A stretch of DNA of 64,000 bases from an uncultured Gemmatimonadales bacterium. GTDB lineage: Bacteria > Gemmatimonadota > Gemmatimonadetes > Gemmatimonadales > Gemmatimonadaceae. A program made the translations under genes and the position numbers. The stretch lies in contig CAWKMU010000003.1 in assembly GCA_963850905.1 (NCBI GenBank), positions 384,001-448,000 on the forward strand. The letters are read 5' to 3'. This document shows, in pieces, positions 1-10,298 of this stretch (its first letter is position 1; the number at the start of each line of letters is the position of its first letter). The notes below the pieces were generated by a model. The model searched no databases, was not told where the DNA came from, and saw nothing but the letters and a program-made list of their open reading frames with translations.

Positions 1-137
1 TCGACGAGCTCACAGTCGATGCAGGATCGGGTGAGACCGACGACGGCGGAGCCGCGCCCGCCGATGCGTCCAACACGCTCGCGTGGACGATTCGTGTGCA
101 CGGGCTGTATGCGACATTGGACGACGCACCCCGGTGA
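1..137 (+). CDS. 3' end of probable T2SS inner-membrane platform protein (GspM-like), partial
   Basis: Frame from base 3 reads DELTVDAG...TLAWTIRVHGLYATLDDAPR*. Its TGA (135-137) overlaps the GTG of the next gene (GTGA). Assignment is from position in the gsp cluster and the C-terminal beta-strand pattern. Confidence 0.5.
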   Translation, partial: DELTVDAGSGETDDGGAAPADASNTLAWTIRVHGLYATLDDAPR

Positions 138-643
138 ACGCCAACCGGGGGTTGTACGTCGTGGCGACGCTGCTCGCCGCAAGCGGGTTGGCTTTGCGAC
201 TGGCGCCCGTTGGGCCGCCGGCTGCCTCCCTACGCCCCACCGAGCCAGAACGCGCCGCCGACCACCAGATGCCGGTTACCGTACGCCCAGCGTCGCGCGA
301 AAGCGGCCACGCCGCTGACGATCCGATCATCGCGGCCGACATCTTCACTCAGTCTCGGGTCGCCCCGAAACCGCGGTCGGCTGCCACGAGTGCTCCAGCA
401 CCGCAGCGCCCGCCTGCGCCACGACCACCGACGCTCGCGCTCGTCGGCACCACGATCGGACCGCGCGGCGCGGTCGCTCTGATCACCACCGGGGGCGGAC
501 CAGGAGATGCTCAGGTCCACTCCATGGGTGACGTGATCGCCGGCGCTCGGCTGGTGGCGATCACAGAATCCACCGTCACGCTGCTCCGCCCATTGGGACC
601 AGTCATCCTCCATGTGGCACCCGCGGTGCGGCAGACGCCATGA
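134..643 (+). CDS. gspC: T2SS protein C-like (TM anchor, Pro-rich linker, HR domain, no PDZ)
   Basis: N-terminal TM segment, then LALVGT...ALI...MGDVIAGARLVAITESTVTL (HR-domain pattern). Lies directly upstream of the secretin. Confidence 0.7.
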   Translation: MNANRGLYVVATLLAASGLALRLAPVGPPAASLRPTEPERAADHQMPVTVRPASRESGHAADDPIIAADIFTQSRVAPKPRSAATSAPAPQRPPAPRPPTLALVGTTIGPRGAVALITTGGGPGDAQVHSMGDVIAGARLVAITESTVTLLRPLGPVILHVAPAVRQTP

Positions 644-2524
644 CACATTCGCCCTGTGCCCCGGTCGTCGACGGCCGCCACCCCTACATACTGTGCGGCG
701 CTCGCTTGGCGCTCCTGCTGTCGCTCGGCAGCGCGATCCTGCCGGGTGCCGCGCACGCTCAGACGCCGGTCACGCCAGCCTCCGCATCGCAAACCGCCGC
801 GCTGCGCATTGACTTCGTCAACGCGGATCTCTCCGATGTCATTCGCTCGGTGGCGACGGCGCTCGGAGTGAACATCGTCGTCACCGACGTGCCACCGCGC
901 CGTATCACGTTCCGGACACCGGAGCCGGTGCCGGCCACCCAGGCCGGGTCGGTCCTCGAGGGCATTCTCGCCAGCCAAGGGCTGGTCCTCGTCGCAAACG
1001 GTCCCGTGTTTCAGGTGCTCCCCACGGACAAGCGGCCGCCGACTGGCCCCCTGCACGCCGGGAAGACCCTCCCTGATCCACCTCCGCTCGGGCTCATCAC
1101 GCAGATCGTCCCGCTCGACTACATGCGGGCCGATGAGGCCGTGTCGCTCCTCCACGACGTCGCTGACAAGGAGGCGCGAGTCGAAGTCGTGCCCCGGTCC
1201 AACGCCGTGTTGATCACCGACCGCGGCGTGAATGTCGCGCGCTATCTGGAGCTCCTGCGCCAGATTGACGTCAAGACCGGCGGCGAGGCGGGCCTCAGCA
1301 CCTTCGTCTATCCACTCAAGCACGCGAACGCCACCGAGTTGGCCACGACGCTCGGTCAGGTGTTCGGCGCCACGGTGGTCGCCCCCACGAGCCGGGCCCG
1401 CGTACAGGCGCTCGAGGGCAAGGGATTGTCGAACGCGCTCTCCAACCTCGAATCGCGTGAGCTGGAGTCCGTGCAGCAGCGCACCGATGTTCCCCTGCAG
1501 GCTCCGGGTGCGGCGCCAGCTGCAGCCGAAAGCGCGCAAGCACAGGGTCGTGGAGTGCCCGGCGGATTGCTTGGCGGGACGACGATCGTCCCCGACCAGG
1601 CGACCAACTCCCTCGTCATTCGCACGGCGGCACCGAATTTCTCGATCCTGCAGAGCACGATCGAGCAACTCGATATCCGCCCCGCGCAGGTGCTGCTCGA
1701 GGTGTTGATCGCCGAAGTCACGCTCGACAAAGCCAGTCAGTACGGCGTCAACTGGAGCGTGTTCACCCACAACGGATTCAACGGCACCGATACCACGCGG
1801 GGGGTGCTGGCGATGCTCGGGCCACAGGTGGCCGACTCGCTCCTGAGCTCCATACCGGGGCTGGCGCTCCGCGTCGTCAGTCTCGGGAGCGTGAACGTGC
1901 GGGCCGTGCTCCAGGCGTTGGCTGCGCGCACCAACGTTCGCGTCCTCTCGGCACCACATGTGCTGGCGCTCAACAACGAAAAGGCGCGGATCCTCGTCGG
2001 CAGCCAGGTCCCGTTCAACTCGGCCACCATCACCGGCCTTGAACGCCAGCGTCGATCAAGTGGTCCAATATCAGAACGTCGGCACCCAGCTCACGGTACT
2101 CCCGACCGTGAACACGGACGGGTACGTGACCTTGCGATTGTTACAGGAAGTCAGTGAGCTCTCAACCGAAACCGTCCCCACCGCCCAGAACGCCCCGATC
2201 ATCACGACGCGCGAAGCGGAAACGAGCGCCATCATCAAGAATGAGCGCACGGTCGTGATCGGTGGGCTGATTAGTGAATCGCGCAGTAATCTCGAGAGCG
2301 GCATCCCACTGCTCAAGGACATTCCGCTCCTCGGCGCGCTCTTCAAGACCAAGAGCGTCGATCACACGCGTACCGAGCTCGCGATCTTCCTGACACCGCG
2401 CGTCGTCATGAGCGATGAGGGGGCCGATTCGTTGCTGCAGTCCGAAACGAAGCGGCTGCAGATCCTCGGGCCACAAGTCGACAGCGCGGTTTTCCATACA
2501 CCACCCGTGCCCCCACCACGGTGA
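640..2524 (+). CDS. gspD: T2SS secretin GspD (frameshift near 2040)
   Basis: ORF 640..2157 has a signal peptide, IDFVNADL, LDIRPAQVLLEVLIAEV and LNNEKARILVG. ORF 1958..2524 continues with QYQNVG...GIPLLKDIPLLGALF...ELAIFLTPRV. One extra base near ggccttgaac joins them. Confidence 0.92.
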
Positions 2525-4107
2525 CCGAGCCGGCGCTGGACATCGGTGCGCCGTGGACGGCACCCCTCGGCCCCACGTCCCCAACGGCTCACACCGCAAC
2601 GGACCTGCGCGCGGGAGCCGCCGGGTCACTCGCACAACGGCTGTCGCCCAAGTACCTGGATGAGTATTGCCTGATCCCGTTGTCGATCACGGACGCCAAC
2701 GAGTTGCTCGTGGCAGCTGGCGGGCCGCTCGACCCGACCGTGCTCGATGAGTTGGCGTGGACGTATGAGCGGCCGGTGCATGTGATCGAGGCACCACCCG
2801 CTGAGATCCACGCGGCCATCATGTCGGCGCAGACAGAGGACACCGCCGACGGCGGAGAGGACGGCCGCGCAGCTGGCGTCGAGCTCGTAGCAGACGACGA
2901 TGTCACCATCGATGACCTGCGCGCACTGGCGAACCAGACACCGGTCATCAAGCTGGTCAACCTGCTCATTCTGGAAGCATTGCGCGCGCGGGCCAGCGAC
3001 ATCCACCTGGAAGCCGGCGCTGATGGCCTCCGCGTTCGGTATCGGATCGACGGGGTGCTGCAGGAGATGGCCAACCCGCCGCGCCAGCACCAGGCGGCCG
3101 TGATCAGTCGTGTGAAGATCATGGCGTCGCTCAATATCGCCGAGCGTCGGCTGGCCCAGGACGGACGCATCCGTCTGAGGCTCTCCGACCGGGATCTCGA
3201 CCTCCGCGTCTCGATCACGCCGACGCTGCACGGGGAGAGCGTCGTGCTCCGCATCCTCGACCGCGGCGCCGGCGTGCGCGATCTCCGTGAGCTGGGCTGC
3301 GAACCGCTGCTGCTCGATGAGCTCGAGGGGTTGATTCGGCAACCACACGGGATCGTGCTCGTGACCGGTCCGACCGGCTCGGGTAAGACGACGACCCTGT
3401 ACGGCGCGATCGCCCGACTCAATCAGCCGGGCCTCAAGATCGTCACGGTCGAAGACCCCGTGGAGTATCAGATCCCCGGCGTCACGCAGATTCCGGTCAA
3501 CACAAAGATCGGGCTGACGTTCGCTGCGGCGTTGCGCTCCATCCTGCGCCATGACCCGGACGTGATCATGGTCGGCGAGATGCGCGATCGTGAAGCGGCG
3601 GAGATCGCCATTCAAGCGGCCCTGACCGGTCACCTCGTGTTCTCGACGCTCCACACAAACGATGCGGCTGCCGGCGTCACTCGCCTGGTCGATATGGGTA
3701 TCGAGCCGTACCTCGTGGCCGCGACAGTGCTCGGGATCGTCGCGCAGCGCCTGGTCCGCGTCGTCTGTGACCGCTGCGCCGTGGACGTTGACCCGGACTG
3801 CGATGTGCTCGCACGCGCCGCGATCGGGCAAACAGTCGTGCTCGCGCCCCGATTCCGACGCGGACGCGGATGCGACGCGTGCGCCGGCACCGGGTATCGG
3901 GGCAGGACGGGCGTGTACGAGCTCATGCCCATGACCCCCGAGCTCCGGGATGCAGTCGTGCGCGGCGTCCCGCTCGCGACGTTGCGGACGTTGGCCGGTG
4001 AACGCGGGATGACGTCCCTGCGCGCGGGCGCGTGGGCGAAGGCGTGCGCTGGCGTGACGACACTCGACGAGGTCCTGCGCGCCACGCGCGACGAGGCGCT
4101 GGCGTGA
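2521..4107 (+). CDS. gspE: T2SS ATPase GspE
   Basis: RASDIH, Walker A GPTGSGKT, TVEDPVE, LRHDPDVIMVGEMRD, LTGHLVFSTLHTND and two CxxC Zn motifs. Confidence 0.95.
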   Translation: MTEPALDIGAPWTAPLGPTSPTAHTATDLRAGAAGSLAQRLSPKYLDEYCLIPLSITDANELLVAAGGPLDPTVLDELAWTYERPVHVIEAPPAEIHAAIMSAQTEDTADGGEDGRAAGVELVADDDVTIDDLRALANQTPVIKLVNLLILEALRARASDIHLEAGADGLRVRYRIDGVLQEMANPPRQHQAAVISRVKIMASLNIAERRLAQDGRIRLRLSDRDLDLRVSITPTLHGESVVLRILDRGAGVRDLRELGCEPLLLDELEGLIRQPHGIVLVTGPTGSGKTTTLYGAIARLNQPGLKIVTVEDPVEYQIPGVTQIPVNTKIGLTFAAALRSILRHDPDVIMVGEMRDREAAEIAIQAALTGHLVFSTLHTNDAAAGVTRLVDMGIEPYLVAATVLGIVAQRLVRVVCDRCAVDVDPDCDVLARAAIGQTVVLAPRFRRGRGCDACAGTGYRGRTGVYELMPMTPELRDAVVRGVPLATLRTLAGERGMTSLRAGAWAKACAGVTTLDEVLRATRDEALA

Positions 4108-5306
4108 CGGCGGCGGCCGGACAGTTCCGTTACCGCGCGGCGACATCCGACGGTCGCCTGGTCGAGGGCGTGATCCAGGCCGCCTCCCGTCAGGGCGTCC
4201 TCGAGGGATTGCGGCGCCAGCAGCTGTATCCCGTTCGCATCGATGAAACGCGGCCTGGTCACACCGGACCGGTCGGCCGGAGACTCGGCCGCCGTCCCGC
4301 CGTGGTGCTGTGGACCCGAAACCTGGCGACGCTCCTTGGCGCTGGTGTGTCACTCGATCGCGCGCTGGCCTTCACGACACAGCATGCGGGGCACGATGGT
4401 CTTGCCGGCGCGCTTCGCGACGTCCGCAAAGCCGTGCACGGCGGAGCCACGCTCGCCGCTGCGCTGGCCCGCCAGCCTCGCTATTTCGATCCGCTTTTCG
4501 TAGCGATGGTCTCGGCCGGCGAATCCAGTGGCGCCCTCAATGTGGTGTTCACCCAGCTCTCGTTGCAGCTGGAGGAACGAGCGGAACTGACGTCACAGAT
4601 GCGATCGACCTTGCTGTACCCGGCGTTGATGGCTGTCGTCGCCGTCGTCGGCATCGGCGTGCTGCTCGGGTTCGTCATTCCACGCTTTGCATCCGTCCTC
4701 GCCGATATGGGCGGTTCTCTGCCATGGAGCACGCAGCTGCTTCTCACCGTGAGTCATGTCGCCACGACCTGGTGGTGGCTGTGGCTCGCGCTCGCCATTG
4801 GCGCGGCAGTCCTGACTCCGCGCCTGTTGGCGCGCCCCGAGGTGCGTCTCAGGTGGCACGCCGCCCGACTGGCGTGGCCGGTCGTCGGCGACATCGAACG
4901 CAAGTACGCCACAGCACGCGTGGCGCGGACGCTGGGCCTCCTGCTCAGGAGCGGCGTCCCCGCCCTCCCCGCACTCAGGATCGCCCGGACATCCGCGCCG
5001 AATCTCGTCATCCGGACTGCCCTCGACCGCGCGGCGAGCGCGCTCGCAGAGGGAAGCGCCCTCGCCCCCGCCCTGGGGGGCACGCTGCCGCCACTCGCCG
5101 TCCAGATGATGGCGGTCGGCGAAGAGACCGGCCGACTGGACGAGCTCTGCCTCCGGGTCGCCGAGAGCTACGACGGCGAGGTGCGCCGCGCAATGCGGAC
5201 AGCGGTGACGCTGATCGAGCCCGCGCTGATCCTGACCTTTGGCGGGCTCGTAGGGTTCATCGCCCTCGCAATGCTGCAGGCGATTTATGGAATAGATCTG
5301 AAGTAG
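4104..5306 (+). CDS. gspF: T2SS inner-membrane protein GspF
   Basis: FRYRA...G N-terminus, AMVSAGESSG, LLYPA, QMMAVGEETG, LIEP. The GTG start overlaps the gspE stop. Confidence 0.93.
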   Translation: MTAAAGQFRYRAATSDGRLVEGVIQAASRQGVLEGLRRQQLYPVRIDETRPGHTGPVGRRLGRRPAVVLWTRNLATLLGAGVSLDRALAFTTQHAGHDGLAGALRDVRKAVHGGATLAAALARQPRYFDPLFVAMVSAGESSGALNVVFTQLSLQLEERAELTSQMRSTLLYPALMAVVAVVGIGVLLGFVIPRFASVLADMGGSLPWSTQLLLTVSHVATTWWWLWLALAIGAAVLTPRLLARPEVRLRWHAARLAWPVVGDIERKYATARVARTLGLLLRSGVPALPALRIARTSAPNLVIRTALDRAASALAEGSALAPALGGTLPPLAVQMMAVGEETGRLDELCLRVAESYDGEVRRAMRTAVTLIEPALILTFGGLVGFIALAMLQAIYGIDLK

Positions 5307-5314
5307 CCGCGACG

Positions 5315-5397
5315 CTCGCACCAACCTGGCCCTAGACCGCTAGGGCGACGCATCGCGTCGGCCTCCCTTCCAACAGGTCTCGCACCAATCTGGCCCT
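5315..5397 (+). repeat. Degenerate REP bracketed by 19-bp direct repeats
   Basis: CTCGCACCAAYCTGGCCCT at 5315-5333 and 5379-5397 flanks CTAGGGCGACGCATCGCGTCGGCC (5340-5363). Confidence 0.7.
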
Positions 5398-5417
5398 GGT
5401 TTCGTCGCCGATCCCCC

Positions 5418-6260
5418 TTACCTCTCCCTCTCCTCCCAACTCATCAACCGTAGGCGCCCCGCCTGCAACCCGTACACCGCCTGAATCTCATGTGTCACCG
5501 GCGACCCTCGCTGCCACCCTCTGCTCACAATCATGAGCCGTGTGGGCGCGACGGTGAGCCGCATGCCGCCCGTCGGCACACGCTCCCGCGACCCCGGCGT
5601 CGGTCTGAACGCATCGATCGACACCAGCGGCCCCCGCTCGCGCGCCGCAATGATCGCCCGCGCCTTGCCCGGTCCGACGCCCGGGAGCGCCGCGAGCACG
5701 ACCTCAGGAGCCGAGTTCGCGTTCACGAATCCGTCGCTGCCGACCGTGATGTACGGGGCCGCCGCGAGCGCGAGGGCGTCGTCTGCCCCTGGCACGCGCG
5801 CGAATTCCGCAAAGCGCGTCACTGGCTCGGACCGCAGGGCACGAGCGACGACACCGGCGCGCTCGGAGGATGTGAAGTTGGCGAACAGCGCGTGCAACGC
5901 CTCCGTGTCCGCATGCGCGAGATCGAGCCGCGCGTTGAGGTCGAGCACCGCCACCGCGCACTGTGACTCCGCCGTCGCGAGACGCGACGCGTTGCGACCG
6001 AGTGTGTCCAGCCGGCGCGTCCGAGCCGCCACCTCGGCCGGCTCCGACGCCGAATCGAGCAGCACCTGCAACGCGACGGTGGTCGCCAGCACGCCACTCT
6101 CGGCCGCGTACTGCGCCACCGCGCGCGACTTGAGCGTCATCACAGCGTGCGATTCGGCCCGCGCCCGCGCGACGAGCTCGCTCACCGCCAGGCCCAGGAG
6201 CGTCAGCATCAAGAGCACGAAAATGAGCGCCACCCCGCGCCGTCGTCGCGGCGTCACCAT
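5418..6260 (-). CDS. gspK: T2SS minor pseudopilin GspK
   Basis: MVTPRRRRG|VALIFVL (prepilin site without E5), DLNARLDL, VNANSAPEVVLAALPG helix-hairpin-helix. Confidence 0.85.
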   Translation of the reverse strand: MVTPRRRRGVALIFVLLMLTLLGLAVSELVARARAESHAVMTLKSRAVAQYAAESGVLATTVALQVLLDSASEPAEVAARTRRLDTLGRNASRLATAESQCAVAVLDLNARLDLAHADTEALHALFANFTSSERAGVVARALRSEPVTRFAEFARVPGADDALALAAAPYITVGSDGFVNANSAPEVVLAALPGVGPGKARAIIAARERGPLVSIDAFRPTPGSRERVPTGGMRLTVAPTRLMIVSRGWQRGSPVTHEIQAVYGLQAGRLRLMSWEERER

Positions 6261-6622
6261 TGCTCGCTCCCGTCCGGCGCGATGTGTTCGAGCCGCTCGA
6301 CGTCGAACCGTCCCCCGCCGGGCAGGAACACGGTGACGGTCACCAACTCGAAGCTGACGTCCGCCGCGGCGGGGCGCCGCACCACTTGCCGCCGAAACCC
6401 GCCGGGAAGCACGTCGCCCGGCGGCCCATGCAGCGCGCCGCTCCCGAGCTTGACCAGCTCCATCCCGTCTTCCGCGTAGGTCACCGCGACCGACCACTCG
6501 CGTGCATTGGCGACGAGCGCGCCGCTCTCGTGGGCAAGCCGCAGCGCGCCCAGCGCCACGAGACTCAGCACGATGAGGGCGACCATGACCTCGAGTAGGA
6601 CCAGCCCACTGCGCCTGTTCAC
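6254..6622 (-). CDS. gspI: T2SS minor pseudopilin GspI-like
   Basis: VNRRSG|LVLLEVMVAL type IV prepilin motif, ~122 aa, located between J and K. Confidence 0.75.
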   Translation of the reverse strand: MNRRSGLVLLEVMVALIVLSLVALGALRLAHESGALVANAREWSVAVTYAEDGMELVKLGSGALHGPPGDVLPGGFRRQVVRRPAAADVSFELVTVTVFLPGGGRFDVERLEHIAPDGSEQW

Positions 6623-7260
6623 GGGGCGTTCCCCGCGTTCGCCAGTTGCTGCGCCCCAGTGCCCAACGGCAACGAGTCGGTCGTCGTCGGCGTCGAGCCC
6701 GGCCAGAGTGCCAGGTGCAGCGGCCAACCGGACAGGTGGTCGCCCTGCCAGAATGCGATGACGATCGCGCGGGGCATGATCTCCGGATCGCTCCACTCGG
6801 CTTGCCAGGTGTGTCCGTCCGGCGCCAGCATCCACACGCTCCACTGGGTCACGTCAGGCACGGAGAACGTGACCTGGGCAGGGGCGGCGTGTCCGACCGC
6901 GCTCGCGCTGACCTGCAGATGCCCGCGGTCGGGCGCGATGGTGAATCGCCAGTCGTAGTCGGGGTCGAGCGGTGTCGCGCCGCCAGCTGCGACGAACGAC
7001 AGGGCGTTGTTCCTGAGGATGAACCCGCCGCGTGGATCGCCCGCCTCCTGGGGTGCACGCGCGTTCCGGAGAGCATCGCGCAGAATCTCGCGGGCGGCAC
7101 GACTTGACTGAACGGCATCGAGACCCGTCGTCACGCGGGTGCGGGCGTCGATGCCCGCCTGCGCCGTCGCGTAGGCGACCATCACGACCAGGCCCGTGAG
7201 CATGAGTGCCACCATGACCTCGAGCAGGGTGAAGCCAGCGAACCGGGCGCGCAGGGGCAT
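6619..7260 (-). CDS. gspJ: T2SS minor pseudopilin GspJ-like
   Basis: AG|FTLLEVMVALML and C-terminal W...MPRAIVI motif. Confidence 0.8.
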   Translation of the reverse strand: MPLRARFAGFTLLEVMVALMLTGLVVMVAYATAQAGIDARTRVTTGLDAVQSSRAAREILRDALRNARAPQEAGDPRGGFILRNNALSFVAAGGATPLDPDYDWRFTIAPDRGHLQVSASAVGHAAPAQVTFSVPDVTQWSVWMLAPDGHTWQAEWSDPEIMPRAIVIAFWQGDHLSGWPLHLALWPGSTPTTTDSLPLGTGAQQLANAGNAP

Positions 7261-7383
7261 TTGCCGTCATCATACGTCACGACTGTGCACGGGCGACACA
7301 CGCACCTGTAACAGTTCGACGACGCGCATCGTGGCGACCGGGCTCGTTCGGACGAGGCCGACTGGCACGCGGCCGGCACGACT

Positions 7384-9393
7384 GTGACGCGCTTTTTGCT
7401 CGCTCGACGATCGGCCGTGACGCGTCGCGGCCTTCGTGCAGTGATGGCCTCGAAGGGGAATGTGCTCCGCGCGTGTCGTACTGCGGCGTGTGTGGCGGTG
7501 ACGGCTGCGAGCGCTGTGGCCGGCGCCCGCGCAGGGGCTCCCTCTCGCGGACCGTCGGCCCCACTCGTCCGCGCGATGAACGGAAACGTCCCGCTGCCGG
7601 CGGTGAAGAGCCGGTTCGAGTCCCAGCTCGACTCGCTGCTTGCAGCCATGGACTCTCTGTCGGCGCGGGTCGCTGCCGGCCGCACCGCGGAGGCGCAGCA
7701 CGCCTTTCGCCTTGCGCGAACAAGCTACAAGCGCGTCGAGGGCATGCTCGCCTACTACGCACCGGACGCGGCGACGGCCCTCCAGGGTCCACTGGAAACG
7801 GAAGGCGAGGATGACGTTCGGCCGCGTCCGTACAATACCCCGGGCGCGTTTCCCGCGATTGAGGGCGACATTTTCCCTCAAATGCCCGATTCCGCCCGGC
7901 CAGCCGTGCTGAGTCGCCTCGAGTCCATGCACGAGCGCCTCACGATCCTGCGGTCGTTGACTGGCACCCTCCAGGTGGACGAGGTCACAGTGTTCGACGC
8001 GGCCCGCGCCGAAATCGCGCGGGTGAGTACCCTGGATATCGCCGGGTTTGATTCCGACCGGGAGGACGATGCGTTGCTCGATGCCGCGGCCGCGCTCGAG
8101 GGAGTCCGGGCGACACTTGGATCACCGGTCGCGACAGAGGAGGACCCAGCGTCCGTGATCCGAGCTCGCCTCGATCGAGCCCTGCGTGGCGCCGCCGACT
8201 ATCTGAGGACCCATGCCACATTCGAGAGCATGGATCGATTGACCTTCGTCGCGCGCTACAGCATCCCCGCGGCACGTGCACTCGCCGAGCTCCGGTCCGC
8301 ACGGTCGGTGCCGCCGAGTCCCTCCAGGCCACACCTCTGGAGCGACGACGCAGCCTCCGTCTATGACAGCGGTGCGTTCGACGCGACAGCGTATGCCGGC
8401 GCGTACCGTCTCCGGCCGGACATCCGCCCGCCGATCGTTGCCCTCGGGGCCCAGCTGTTCACCGACCCGCGCCTCTCCGGGCCGCGCACCCGCGCGTGCA
8501 GCACGTGCCACATCCCCGCGCGCGCGTTCACGGATGGCTTGTCGAAGCGGGCATCGCTCGCACCGCTCGCCCCAACGCCCGCCGGGGCGTCGCCGGCGCG
8601 CCACACGCCGACGCTGATCAATGCGGCGCTACAGCCGGCGCTATTCGACGATGAGCGCGCGAGGACGCTCGAGGAGCAGGTCGCCATCGTCCTGGCCAAT
8701 CCGGACGAGATGAACAGCTCCACCGACACCGTCGTCCGCCGCCTCGCGGCCGATTCGAGTTATCGCGCGGCGTTCGCCGTGGCCTTCGGTGCGCCACCGG
8801 ATCGTGCCATCACGCCAGTGACCGTGCGCGTCGCGATCGCGGCCTACGAACGCTCGCTGGTAGTGCTCAACTCGCCATTCGATCGCGCAGTCCGCGGAGA
8901 CAGCGAGGCAATGAGTCCGGAGGCGCGACGAGGATTCACGGTGTTCATGGGCAAGGGCCGGTGCGGCACGTGCCATTTCGCGCCGCTGTTCAACGGGACG
9001 CAACCGCCCACGTTCCGGACGACCGACCCGGAGATCATCGGCGTTCCGGAACAACCCGCACTGCAGCACGCGCGACTGGACCCCGACCCCGGCCGGAGCG
9101 CGATCGATCAGGTCCCGACCCACGCGTTTGCCTTCAAGGTGCCGACCGTCCGCAACGCGGCGCTCACCGCACCCTACATGCACAACGGCGCTTTCCACAC
9201 GCTCGAAGAGGTGATCGCCTTCTACAACGCGGGCGGCGCCTCGGGTATCGGGATCACGCTCCCGTATCAGACGCTGTTCGATCAATCGCTCGACCTGACG
9301 CAAGCCGAGCAGAGCGAGTTGATCGCGTTCATGCGGGCTCTGACGGACACGAGCGGCGTCACGCACCCGCCTACGTCCATTGCAGTTCATTGA
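7384..9393 (+). CDS. Di-heme cytochrome c peroxidase/MauG-family protein with N-terminal helical (imelysin-like) domain; true start uncertain (possibly ~7444)
   Basis: Two CxxCH motifs (CSTCH, CGTCH), LFTDPRLSG, RHTPTLIN, FKVPTVRN, APYMHNG. About 300 aa N-terminal extension containing FRLARTSYKRVEGMLAYY. Confidence 0.88.
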   Translation: MTRFLLARRSAVTRRGLRAVMASKGNVLRACRTAACVAVTAASAVAGARAGAPSRGPSAPLVRAMNGNVPLPAVKSRFESQLDSLLAAMDSLSARVAAGRTAEAQHAFRLARTSYKRVEGMLAYYAPDAATALQGPLETEGEDDVRPRPYNTPGAFPAIEGDIFPQMPDSARPAVLSRLESMHERLTILRSLTGTLQVDEVTVFDAARAEIARVSTLDIAGFDSDREDDALLDAAAALEGVRATLGSPVATEEDPASVIRARLDRALRGAADYLRTHATFESMDRLTFVARYSIPAARALAELRSARSVPPSPSRPHLWSDDAASVYDSGAFDATAYAGAYRLRPDIRPPIVALGAQLFTDPRLSGPRTRACSTCHIPARAFTDGLSKRASLAPLAPTPAGASPARHTPTLINAALQPALFDDERARTLEEQVAIVLANPDEMNSSTDTVVRRLAADSSYRAAFAVAFGAPPDRAITPVTVRVAIAAYERSLVVLNSPFDRAVRGDSEAMSPEARRGFTVFMGKGRCGTCHFAPLFNGTQPPTFRTTDPEIIGVPEQPALQHARLDPDPGRSAIDQVPTHAFAFKVPTVRNAALTAPYMHNGAFHTLEEVIAFYNAGGASGIGITLPYQTLFDQSLDLTQAEQSELIAFMRALTDTSGVTHPPTSIAVH

Positions 9394-9442
9394 CCCGATG
9401 GGTCGTATCAGATCGAGCATGATGCACGAGAGGAGACGAGAC

Positions 9443-9898
9443 ATGTTCGTGACCTCCGTAACACCTCGCCCCACCACACGGCGCATGGGCGGCTTCACGC
9501 TGATCGAGTTGCTCGTCGTGATCATTGTCCTTGGAATGCTGGCCGCGCTCGTCGGCCCGCGCATCTTGGGACGGGTCTCCGAGGCGAAGAGCGCCACGGC
9601 CAAGACACAGATCGAGTTACTCGGCGCGGCACTCGACAACTACAAGTTGGACAACGGCTCCTACCCGACGAGTGATCAGGGCCTGGCTGCACTCGACGCG
9701 AAACCGACTCGTGACCCTGTCCCGCTCGATTGGCGAGGACCCTACCTCAAGCGCGGCGTGCCGGCCGATCCGTGGGGACGCGCATACCTGTTCAAGAATC
9801 CTGGAGAGCACAACCGCAGCGGCTACGACCTCTGGACCCTCGGCCGGGACGGTAAAGAGGGCGGGGCTGACGAAGACGCCGATATCACGAACTGGTAG
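9443..9898 (+). CDS. gspG: T2SS major pseudopilin GspG
   Basis: GG|FTLIELLVV, YKLDNGSYP, WRGPYL, DPWG, G.DG..GG...DADI.NW. AGGAG RBS precedes the ATG at 9443. Confidence 0.95.
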   Translation: MFVTSVTPRPTTRRMGGFTLIELLVVIIVLGMLAALVGPRILGRVSEAKSATAKTQIELLGAALDNYKLDNGSYPTSDQGLAALDAKPTRDPVPLDWRGPYLKRGVPADPWGRAYLFKNPGEHNRSGYDLWTLGRDGKEGGADEDADITNW

Positions 9899-10298
9899 GC
9901 CGAGGCGGCGGTCGGAGCGTACAGGTCAACGGATCGAGCGCGATCAGGCGCGCGGCGCCGGCGCTCCGCACATCGAACGCGCAGCTGCCGGATGGGGCGA
10001 CCAGCAGTGTGACGGGGACCGAAGCGACCGGCGGAATCCGGCCTCCCGCGCTGTCACCCTCCAAAGCGGAACCGCCGCCCGTCATGTGCCACGCGCCAGT
10101 CGACTCGATGCGGAGATAGATGATCTCCCCACGCGCGGCCGCCGCGGCGCGCGCGCGCTCGACGAGCGATTGTAACGGCTGATCCCCGATGCGAGCGCGC
10201 AGCACCGCTGGCAGCACCAGGGCAAATGCCAGCGCGAGGATCGCAAGCACCACAAGCAGCTCGATGAGCGTGTATCCGGCGGAGCGTCGCTGGCGCAT
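9885..10298 (-). CDS. gspH: Minor pseudopilin GspH/FimT-like
   Basis: MRQRRSAG|YTLIELLVVL, ARAAAAARG. Confidence 0.75.
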   Translation of the reverse strand: MRQRRSAGYTLIELLVVLAILALAFALVLPAVLRARIGDQPLQSLVERARAAAAARGEIIYLRIESTGAWHMTGGGSALEGDSAGGRIPPVASVPVTLLVAPSGSCAFDVRSAGAARLIALDPLTCTLRPPPRPTSS

